This document shows, piece by piece, positions 35,764 to 45,289 of a stretch of 64,000 nt of DNA. Source of the DNA: Anaerolineales bacterium (GTDB lineage Bacteria; Chloroflexota; Anaerolineae; Anaerolineales; UBA11579); assembly GCA_025450445.1 (NCBI GenBank), contig JANWHN010000076.1, forward strand, positions 2,859 to 66,858, in the 5' to 3' direction. The translations under genes and the position numbers were made by a program. The stretch's first letter is position 1. Every line of letters begins with the position of its first letter. The notes under the pieces were generated by a model. That model was not told the origin of the DNA and made no database searches. It was given only the letters and a program-made list of their open reading frames with translations.

Positions 35764-36934
35764 AAGCCTCGCGGATCGGTGCGGGCCACTTGGTGGAATC
35801 GAGGCCGAACTGGCAAAGGAATGCATAAGCCAATCGCTCAAGCCCAAAGGCAACGCAGCCGGTGTGGGCTGGCTTGCCGTCTGGCAGAGTGATGTTTAGA
35901 TTGCGGCCAAAGAAATCCTGGTGATGGTTGTATGAGCCAACTGCCAAGGTTTCATTCTTGAACGGAAGCTGAGCGCGAATTTCATATTTCAATTGAAATG
36001 CGTTTTGAAAAGCTGATTGTTTGCGAAACTCACCTACGAAGAACGGATCGTTGGCGCTCTCGACTTTGTAGGCAAGACCGATCTTTTCCAAATATTCGGC
36101 GACCAGCTTGCGAGCCGCTTCGCGATTTTCGAGAACATAGTCCATCGGTCCAACGAAAATAATCTCGCGCATCGTGAAATCCCACATGCGCTCAAGGGTA
36201 GTGAGATTATTGGATTCGTAGCGGAAGCAATGACCCACTGCGGTGGCAGCCAGCTTGCCATCCGGCAGCGGTTTATCAGCCAATGCAAAATAGAGGTGGT
36301 AGCAAACCGCCGGTGACAGGAGAGCCTGGATGCGTGCGAAGGATTCAGGCGGCGTATTGAGCCCGGCCGCTTCGTGGGCAGCGTGCTCAGCAAAATCGCT
36401 GATCGTGTCGAGGTCTTCGCGCAAGTGCGTGGCGAAGGTTAGCGAATGAGGAAAGGCACGAAAATAATTGACGCGGCCGAGTTTTTCCGCAGAGATGAGT
36501 GTGGGGAAGCGTTGCGGTTTAGCGCCGAACTCGGTTGCCAGTTCCAGGAAATAGGATTCGAACACTTCGATCAAGCGAGTGACCATCGGACCAAAGCTAT
36601 AAATGCCAGTCTGTTCCAAGCTCAATTCGCCGCGAGACATCAACTCGGACATTGGGTCGGAGGCAAATGGAACCTTGCGCCCTAGATGATCCTCGAGGAC
36701 TTCGACCTTTGGCTGCATCGCGCCCTTGGCCATCTCGGCCACGACGCGCTGTACTTTTTCTTCCAAACTCTCCGAGCTCGCATTTCCATTACGGAGTTGT
36801 AATTCGATCGTGCCGTCGGAGGAGATGCTGGCCGCGGCGATATCTTCATCTACATAAGCCAGCTTGGACTGCACCTGACCAAGTAAATGATCCGGAATCG
36901 TCACCGCTGGTGTGATGCGCATAATCTCAGCCAT
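35753..36934 (-). CDS. seryl-tRNA-synthetase-like class II enzyme lacking a tRNA-binding arm: amino acid--[carrier protein] ligase
   Basis: 393 aa. Motif-2-like GHCFRYESNNLTTLERMWDFTMREIIFVG and motif-3-like HTGCVAFGLERLAYAFL. Candidate Zn ligands are AVCYH, E and GC. It overlaps the start of a carrier-protein gene by 8 nt. Confidence 0.75.
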   Translation of the reverse strand: MAEIMRITPAVTIPDHLLGQVQSKLAYVDEDIAAASISSDGTIELQLRNGNASSESLEEKVQRVVAEMAKGAMQPKVEVLEDHLGRKVPFASDPMSELMSRGELSLEQTGIYSFGPMVTRLIEVFESYFLELATEFGAKPQRFPTLISAEKLGRVNYFRAFPHSLTFATHLREDLDTISDFAEHAAHEAAGLNTPPESFARIQALLSPAVCYHLYFALADKPLPDGKLAATAVGHCFRYESNNLTTLERMWDFTMREIIFVGPMDYVLENREAARKLVAEYLEKIGLAYKVESANDPFFVGEFRKQSAFQNAFQLKYEIRAQLPFKNETLAVGSYNHHQDFFGRNLNITLPDGKPAHTGCVAFGLERLAYAFLCQFGLDSTKWPAPIREAFVG

Positions 36935-37184
36935 TTTGCTTGGCCTTTACGTGAGCAATGATGGCTGGGATGCTGACCAATTTGCTGATCGTCTCCGCGG
37001 TTATTTCGACGCCGAATTTGCTCTCCAGCGCGACCATCAGGTCCATATGCCCCATCGAATCCCACTGCGGCAATTCACCGAACTGAGTTTCTGATCCAAC
37101 TTCAGCAGCCGAAATGTGAAAGACGTCGACAAATACGTCTCGCAGCTCGACTAATAGCGCTGTTTCAGTTGTTTTCGAGGCCAT
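36927..37184 (-). CDS. acyl/peptidyl carrier protein
   Basis: 85 aa with the phosphopantetheine attachment motif LPQWDSMGHMDLMVALE. Confidence 0.85.
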   Translation of the reverse strand: MASKTTETALLVELRDVFVDVFHISAAEVGSETQFGELPQWDSMGHMDLMVALESKFGVEITAETISKLVSIPAIIAHVKAKQNG

Positions 37185-37192
37185 CTCAGTTT

Positions 37193-38773
37193 TTATACCA
37201 GAAAAGGCTTGCCAGCCACCACGCCATCAACCACTGCTTTTATTGCGGCAGAATTTTCCAGGCGCAAAGCGTCGATCGAAAAATCTTTCAGATGGACGTA
37301 GCCCATCCGGCTATGAGCAGAGAGATATTGCTCAAAAGGAAGCGCGGTTTTGAATAGTTGATAGTAAAGCACCCGTCTGGCTTCCTGTACGAATTCGTCC
37401 CGCTGAACTACTTTTTCCGATTGCAGGAATTCTTCGGCTTGCTCCACATAAGCTGCGATTGATTTTGGAAAATAAACGGTCGGGTAGGTGGTGTAGCGCG
37501 AGGCGCCGGCGCTCAGAACGGCCTTTCCCAAGATCGAGGCTTCGATTCCGATAGACGAGTTGTAGACCATCACGAAGTGAGCACGTTGGATCAGCGCGTA
37601 CGAACTCAGGTATTCATTCGCATCGACAAAGACAACGTTAGGCAGCTCTCGAACCTTGTTATCGAGCACCCATTGGGCCACGCTCTCGCGGCTTTGCTTA
37701 CGGGTGCCGGGTCGCATTTCATCCGGATGGGCGCGAATGACGAATAGAGTGTCGGGATGAGCTTTTACTAGAGTGAGAGCCACATCCAGCCAGGCAAACA
37801 TGTGTGGCAAGATTACGTTTGCATGAACCTGGCTGGTGTCAAAGATCACGTTGGTAAAAACCGGCACGATCTTTTTGAAGTCCTTTGCCTTTTGCAGAAA
37901 TTCGTCATCAAGTCCCTGCATCTGCGGCCAGAAACGGATACCGGCCATGGTGAACTGACCCTGAAAGCGTTGGCTCAGATACGCATCTAACTGAGCATTT
38001 TCCTTATCACCGAGCTTAAAGTCAGTGGGAATATCCATGGGATACGCGGTGGCTTGTCCGTCTGTGAAAAATGCGGTGAACGGACGCAAGGCAACTTCAT
38101 GGGTGATCGCGCGGATGCCGCGCTGTTGAGCAACCTGGCGCGCCATCGCCTCGGGAAACATGATCCCATTGAAGACAACAACTACTTGCGGTTTGACGCT
38201 ATCCAGAAATTTTGTGAATTCGCGCCCGACGTTATAAGCGGAAAGGATGTATTCGCGCAAAAGCATTCGCGTGCCCTGATCGTCCTGCAAATTATGGCGG
38301 CGGAGGGACCAACGCAGGCTGGGCGTTACGATCTCACCTAGAGGTTGCCCTTTGAAAACATAGTTCTGCAGCGCGGGGACATCCAAAGAAGCAATTTGCT
38401 TCCTTATTTCCTGATCTTCCGAAAAAGCGAACCAGCCAATTTCGGAATCTTGAAATAACCGATTGGATTGGGCAATACATGCCGCGCAGGGCGGAGCCTG
38501 CGCAGGATCATCTGGGTTTGTGCCCAAGACACAGCGGCTCATTCCGCTAGCGCAGACGAAATGGACAACGCGCGCGCCCTCCAGGCGCAATCCCCATGCG
38601 CTCAGCAAGGAGAAAGCGGCGTTTTGGCTCAGATAGCCGAGACGAGCAGATGCGTTGAAAAACACAACGGGTGTGCCATTTGGTTTGGCTTGCGCTTCAA
38701 TGGCGCGCGCAGTGCGCGCAATCCGCAGGTTGCTCAGCCAACTCTGAAATTTGTCGGATATTCGCTTGAACAA
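37193..38773 (-). CDS. capsule-biosynthesis-like (KpsC/KpsS, GT-B type) protein, paralogue 1
   Basis: Shared blocks with 60008..61594 include VVVVFNGIMFPEAMARQVAQQRGIRAITHE, FVIRAHPDE and MVYNSSIGIEASILGKAVL, plus a Cys cluster FVCASGMSRC...PPCAAC. The start is uncertain: TTG 38773, ATG 38869 or ATG 38923. The two ATG starts overlap neuB by 65 or 119 nt. Confidence 0.5.
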   Translation of the reverse strand: MFKRISDKFQSWLSNLRIARTARAIEAQAKPNGTPVVFFNASARLGYLSQNAAFSLLSAWGLRLEGARVVHFVCASGMSRCVLGTNPDDPAQAPPCAACIAQSNRLFQDSEIGWFAFSEDQEIRKQIASLDVPALQNYVFKGQPLGEIVTPSLRWSLRRHNLQDDQGTRMLLREYILSAYNVGREFTKFLDSVKPQVVVVFNGIMFPEAMARQVAQQRGIRAITHEVALRPFTAFFTDGQATAYPMDIPTDFKLGDKENAQLDAYLSQRFQGQFTMAGIRFWPQMQGLDDEFLQKAKDFKKIVPVFTNVIFDTSQVHANVILPHMFAWLDVALTLVKAHPDTLFVIRAHPDEMRPGTRKQSRESVAQWVLDNKVRELPNVVFVDANEYLSSYALIQRAHFVMVYNSSIGIEASILGKAVLSAGASRYTTYPTVYFPKSIAAYVEQAEEFLQSEKVVQRDEFVQEARRVLYYQLFKTALPFEQYLSAHSRMGYVHLKDFSIDALRLENSAAIKAVVDGVVAGKPFLV

Positions 38774-38804
38774 TTTTTGTTTTGCGCCCCCCAGCGCTTC
38801 CCAG

Positions 38805-39677
38805 CTACTGAACGCGTCTAAGTTTCTTGAGCGAAGCCTGCTCGCTTTCGTAAACCTTCTTCTCGCCATCACCGAGGGCTTGCTCGGTGACGCGAATGTA
38901 TTTGACCAATCGCTGCAGCCCACCGGGCTCCACGGAGGCGGCTTGATCGCTGCCCCACATGGCCCGGTCCAGGGTGATGTGGCGCTCGACGAGGCTGGCG
39001 CCCATTGCCACCGCGACCGCCGAGATCACCAAGCCCACTTCGTGGCCCGAATAGCCTACAGGACATGGAAATGTGTCGCGCAAGGTCTGGATCATTTTCA
39101 GATTCAGCTCTTCCGGCTCGCACGGATACGTGCTGGTGGTGTGGGTGAGCATCAGATTCTTCATATCCATCATGCTCACCGAATCTTTGATCTGCTCCAT
39201 GGTCGACATGCCGGTGGACAAAACGATCGGCTTGCCAGTCTTCTTGAGGTGCGTCAATAATCCTTTGTCTGTTAGCGACGCAGACGGGACTTTATAGGTT
39301 GGAGTATCGAACTTCTCCATGAAATCCACTGAGCCCTCATCCCAAACAGAAACGAACCAATCGATGCCCTTTTGTTTGGCATGCGCTTCTATTTCGCGAT
39401 ATTCCTTTTCGCCAAATTCCACCTTGTAGCGGTAATCCAAATAGCTAATGTAGCCCCAAGGGGTCTCGCGCATTTTGTCTTTCTGATCGGCCGGCACGGC
39501 CAGCTCGGGTGTGCGCTTCTGAAACTTGACCGCGTCGACACCGGCCCACTTGGCCAGGTCGATCAATTGCTTGGCAACCTCAACGTCACCGTTGTGGTTG
39601 ATGCCAATCTCGCCAACAATGTAAGTCGGGTGCCCGTCTCCCACCAATTGCTTGCCAATCTTCAACTCGCGCGCCAT
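38805..39677 (-). CDS. NeuB-family nonulosonic acid (sialic-acid-like) synthase, short form
   Basis: PTYIVGEIGINHNGDVEVAKQLIDLAKWAGVDAVKFQKR. At 290 aa it appears to lack most of the C-terminal SAF domain. Confidence 0.85.
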   Translation of the reverse strand: MARELKIGKQLVGDGHPTYIVGEIGINHNGDVEVAKQLIDLAKWAGVDAVKFQKRTPELAVPADQKDKMRETPWGYISYLDYRYKVEFGEKEYREIEAHAKQKGIDWFVSVWDEGSVDFMEKFDTPTYKVPSASLTDKGLLTHLKKTGKPIVLSTGMSTMEQIKDSVSMMDMKNLMLTHTTSTYPCEPEELNLKMIQTLRDTFPCPVGYSGHEVGLVISAVAVAMGASLVERHITLDRAMWGSDQAASVEPGGLQRLVKYIRVTEQALGDGEKKVYESEQASLKKLRRVQ

Positions 39678-40913
39678 TCACTCTCCTCGAGAATTATTCG
39701 CCAGGATTAAATCACATACTTCGCGCACTGCGCCAAATCCACCCTTGTTGTCAAGCACTTTGTCAGCCTGGCGCAACACTTCGGGATGCGAATCAGCAAC
39801 CGCGAACGCGCAGGCCACCAGCGGGAAACACGGTAAATCATTCGTATCGTTGCCCACAAAAACGGTTTCTTCGGGCGAAACTTTGTACTCAGCAAATAGC
39901 TCTTCCAACGCCTTGCCCTTATTGTGGACTCCCTTTTTGTAGGGGATGCCTATTTTTTCACAGCGGCGGGCCACCACGGGGTTCTCTTCTTTCGACAGCA
40001 CGACAGCTTCGACTTCGGTTTTCAGTAACATTTCCATCCCTAGACCATCGCTGCGGTTGGCCGCGATCGATTCCTTGCCAACCTCATCGATCCAGACGCG
40101 ATTATCGCTCATCACTCCATCGAAATCCATGACGAGCAGCTTCACTTTCTTGGGCATGGGTCTAGGCGGCTTGCCGGGCCAAACCAGGTCGAGTTCGCCG
40201 GATGTGGCAAGCGATTCGGCACGGCGCCAGTCGTTCATGGTATCGATGTCCACCGCATAGCGCGGGTCGATTAGCACCGGCCAAATGACTTCGCCGCTCA
40301 TACTGTTCTTTTTCAAGATCGTTCTGGCGCGGATGGCGTCAATATGACCGGTTTGCCAATAAGTCTGCGGCAATTTTTGGCGCGGCGCGTTGTATGGTTC
40401 TGCGATTCCCTTTGCTTTGAGCAAAGGCTGCATCGCTTCTTCGCCACTAAACCGCCACATCTTATAGGGATTCTGACCAGCCGGCACGACCCCGCGAACT
40501 GAATCCGCGTCTGCATGTTTTAGCAATTTTTCTACGGCTCGATCTACTAAATCACGTGGGCGTAACGGTGAGGTCGGGCGCAATTGAACGATAACATCGG
40601 GTCGATACCCTTCTTCCTCGGCAAGCCAATTTAAGGCGTGCTGAAAGACAGGCAGATCCAATGTTTCATCCTGAGCAAATTCAGCCGGACGCAGAAACGG
40701 CGCCTCGGCGCCATACTGACGAGCAATCTCAGCAATGCCTTCGTCATCAGTCGAGACAATCACTCGGCTCACCGATTTGGCTTGCAGACCAGCGGCGATG
40801 CTATAGGCTAGCAATGGATGACCAACAAAGTTCTGCTCGTTTTTACGCAGGATGCTCTTTGATCCGCCGCGGGCCGGAATAATGGCAAGAACTTCAGTTG
40901 GCTTATTGGGCAT
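39678..40913 (-). CDS. fusion: CMP-nonulosonic-acid synthetase (cytidylyltransferase) + KdsC/YrbI-like HAD phosphatase
   Basis: N-terminal half: VLAIIPARGGSKSILRKNEQNFVGHPLLAYSI. C-terminal half: LLVMDFDGVMSDNRVW (DxD motif I) and FVGNDTNDLP (motif IV). Confidence 0.85.
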   Translation of the reverse strand: MPNKPTEVLAIIPARGGSKSILRKNEQNFVGHPLLAYSIAAGLQAKSVSRVIVSTDDEGIAEIARQYGAEAPFLRPAEFAQDETLDLPVFQHALNWLAEEEGYRPDVIVQLRPTSPLRPRDLVDRAVEKLLKHADADSVRGVVPAGQNPYKMWRFSGEEAMQPLLKAKGIAEPYNAPRQKLPQTYWQTGHIDAIRARTILKKNSMSGEVIWPVLIDPRYAVDIDTMNDWRRAESLATSGELDLVWPGKPPRPMPKKVKLLVMDFDGVMSDNRVWIDEVGKESIAANRSDGLGMEMLLKTEVEAVVLSKEENPVVARRCEKIGIPYKKGVHNKGKALEELFAEYKVSPEETVFVGNDTNDLPCFPLVACAFAVADSHPEVLRQADKVLDNKGGFGAVREVCDLILANNSRGE

Positions 40914-42510
40914 TTGCGTTATCCAAAAATACGCCCTGACCTTGAAAAAGATACAGGTCCCAGTTCAACGGCTGGAAGGTCCCTGCATAAACATAATGCT
41001 CAGTAATAAAATGATACAAAGGTCGCAATTGGATCGGCACCCTATCCAATCGAGTTTCAATTGCGGGCAAAAACTCACCATTGGGATTGGTATCAATAAT
41101 AATCGGCGGATCGCCAACGAGTTCATCAATAACCAGCTGAACGCGTTCCTCAGTAGCATACTCGCTGTTTAACAACGGGCTCTGATAGACAAACCGCGAA
41201 GGGGACGTGCGAGCGCTTAGCCAGTTGACTGCAACTGCGTTTCCAAACATGAGCAGTTTTTGATCTGAGTCTGTATTCGTATAGAGGTAGCTGAGGACGG
41301 TCTCATATCTATGGCCAGAAAGATTTAAAGAGAACCGGGCTTCGTCGGCAACAAAGCTATTCAGATCCAAATAAAGCGTTGGCACTAAAGGAAGGACGAA
41401 GCTCACGGCGAAGCCAACTAAGAGCGCTGGAGCGAAAATTCTGCTTAGCTCTACTTTGCTTAAACTGGATCTCAGATTTGAGGCAACAAAATAAACAAAG
41501 AAGGCACACAAGGCAACTAAAACCGGCAACCAGGATAAAAAATAATGGGGAAAACTTCGACCTGATAATACTGTCAAGGTAAATTCAAATAATGGGGCCA
41601 ATGCGAGCACTGTCATAAAAACAAAAAATGGGTCTTTGTTGTTGGCGTTGCCTCTTAACCACGCAACCAGCAGAACCCAGGCGGCATTAGCCACGGGGGC
41701 AAGGATTGACAAATTGCGTAAGCCTTCCATCAAAACGGTAAAGTAAGATTGGTCACCCTGGCTGCTATAGGCAAAGTTAAACACGAAAACCGATTCCCAC
41801 AGCTGAGCGAGAGCGCCTTTGCCAAAAAAGTAAATGGCAGTAATCAACATCACAATGATGCCGCCAAAGACCATAGCCCCAAATGATTTAAGTGAGGCGC
41901 GAACGTTCTTTTCTTTAATCATCCGCCATACAAAAAAACTGCCGATAGCAAGTGGAATTCCAATAATGTTCGGGCGAAGCAAAAAAGCCAGCGCGGCTAC
42001 GACGCCTGTTGCAAAATAGGTCTGCCATTTCTCAGAATTAATCGCCCGCCAGAAGAACCAAAGACACGCCACTTGCAAGAGCAAACCATATTCTTCTACT
42101 AAATTCCCTCGGTCTAATACTGGTTTGAGCTGCACCAGGAAAAAAACGGACGCGAAGAGGGCAGGCCAGGAACCAAACACTGAACGGAGCAAGCGGTACA
42201 AGATCCAGGCAGCGGCAAAAACAAACACAAACTCCAGCATCCATACGCCCCAGCGAGAACCACTGAGCAGACCCAGCGCATTTATGTAATAGATGAGCGG
42301 GCCTTTGTGATCCCAGACATCACGATACGGAATTTGGCCTTTAAGAATTTGGTCGCCGGTGTAAAGAAATATGCTGGAGTCTGTGGCCGGTACCGGTTGA
42401 AAATAGGGTGAGACACCAATTAGGATCGAAAAACAAATAACACCTAGCAGGACTGCAACAAACACTTCGCCGCTTCTTGCGAACAGAGTGTTTTTTTTAT
42501 TTTTCACCAA
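40903..42510 (-). CDS. GT-C fold membrane glycosyltransferase (ArnT/PMT-like)
   Basis: 535 aa, polytopic. The first-loop motif DSSIFLYTGDQILKGQIPYRDVWDHKGPLIYYINALG is typical of PMT_2/ArnT-like proteins. The segment is visibly more AT-rich than its neighbours. Confidence 0.7.
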   Translation of the reverse strand: MVKNKKNTLFARSGEVFVAVLLGVICFSILIGVSPYFQPVPATDSSIFLYTGDQILKGQIPYRDVWDHKGPLIYYINALGLLSGSRWGVWMLEFVFVFAAAWILYRLLRSVFGSWPALFASVFFLVQLKPVLDRGNLVEEYGLLLQVACLWFFWRAINSEKWQTYFATGVVAALAFLLRPNIIGIPLAIGSFFVWRMIKEKNVRASLKSFGAMVFGGIIVMLITAIYFFGKGALAQLWESVFVFNFAYSSQGDQSYFTVLMEGLRNLSILAPVANAAWVLLVAWLRGNANNKDPFFVFMTVLALAPLFEFTLTVLSGRSFPHYFLSWLPVLVALCAFFVYFVASNLRSSLSKVELSRIFAPALLVGFAVSFVLPLVPTLYLDLNSFVADEARFSLNLSGHRYETVLSYLYTNTDSDQKLLMFGNAVAVNWLSARTSPSRFVYQSPLLNSEYATEERVQLVIDELVGDPPIIIDTNPNGEFLPAIETRLDRVPIQLRPLYHFITEHYVYAGTFQPLNWDLYLFQGQGVFLDNANAQ

Positions 42511-43316
42511 GCAGTCCAGCCGCCGTCGACAACTAGATTAGCTCCAGTCATATAGCTGGAGGCATCCGAGGCTAGGAAGAGCAGCGCACCGTTCATTTCA
42601 TTGGGTTCAGCCATGCGACCCAGTACTGTACGGGCAGAATAAGCTTTCACAAATTCGTCGTCATGCATATTAAATACACCGCCGGGTGTCAAGGCATTGA
42701 CGCGAATTTTTTTGTCACCGTAGTAGGTTGCCAGGTATTTGGTCAGCCCCAGAATCCCGGCTTTCGTAACGGTGTAATCAACTGGCTTGTACTGAGCTGG
42801 TCTTCCAGGCTTTTGATAAATGCGCTGGTCCGGGCCACCAAGGCCATAGGTGGAGCAAATATTGATGATCACGCCGCTGCCTAGCTTTAGCATTTGTCCA
42901 ACAGCCGCTTGGGAGCAAAGGAAAGCCCCGGTTAGGTTTACTCGAAGGGCAGCTTCCCAAGCTTGAAGTGGATAATTTTCAAAGGCACTGTTGTGTTTTC
43001 CCTCGCCGGCTGGGTCAAACTTCGGGTCGAGCGCGGCGCTATTTACCAGAATATCCAAGCGACCAAATGCTTTTATGACCGCCTCATTCATCTGCTTTAC
43101 GGATTTGGGGTCGCCCACATCGCAGGCGAAGCCCTGCGCCGTTTTGCCAATTTGCTTAGCCACATCTTTGGCTGCGCCCTCATTCATATCGACAACCAGC
43201 ACAGCGGCGCCAGCTTCAGCCAGCGTGGCACAGAATTGACGCCCAAGCAGACCGGCGCCGCCGGTTACTACGGCAGCGCGGCCAGTCAGATCAAAAGCTT
43301 GGGGGATTTGGGGCAT
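42504..43316 (-). CDS. SDR-family oxidoreductase
   Basis: AAVVTGGAGLLGRQF and YTVTKAG (YxxxK). Confidence 0.9.
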   Translation of the reverse strand: MPQIPQAFDLTGRAAVVTGGAGLLGRQFCATLAEAGAAVLVVDMNEGAAKDVAKQIGKTAQGFACDVGDPKSVKQMNEAVIKAFGRLDILVNSAALDPKFDPAGEGKHNSAFENYPLQAWEAALRVNLTGAFLCSQAAVGQMLKLGSGVIINICSTYGLGGPDQRIYQKPGRPAQYKPVDYTVTKAGILGLTKYLATYYGDKKIRVNALTPGGVFNMHDDEFVKAYSARTVLGRMAEPNEMNGALLFLASDASSYMTGANLVVDGGWTAW

Positions 43317-43339
43317 TCGTGGAGGGAAAATCCTTCGCG

Positions 43340-45100
<1,761 letters not shown>

Positions 45101-45149
45101 TCAAACTCCAAACTTTCATATATTCCGCATTAAGCGGGTGATTAGCGGG

Positions 45150-45180
45150 CAAAAAACAGCCTGCTCTTTAAGCAGGCTGT
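45150..45180 (-). terminator. intrinsic-terminator-like hairpin inside the sat/cysC 5' region
   Basis: Perfect 10-bp stem ACAGCCTGCT-5 nt-AGCAGGCTGT (45156-45180), followed on the minus strand by UUUUU. It lies about 50 nt upstream of the sat start. Confidence 0.45.
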
Positions 45181-45267
45181 CAAGCAGTCAACAACGCTAA
45201 AAATGATACCACGAAGAAAATCTGATGACCCGAACCGATGTTCGCATTAATTGCCACGAAGACCGGT

Positions 45268-45276
45268 TGTTATAAT
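45268..45276 (+). promoter_or_regulatory. extended -10 promoter element TGTTATAAT
   Basis: Exact TGnTATAAT at 45268-45276, 14 nt upstream of ATG 45290. Confidence 0.45.
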
Positions 45277-45289
45277 CCGCGCGCCCAAT

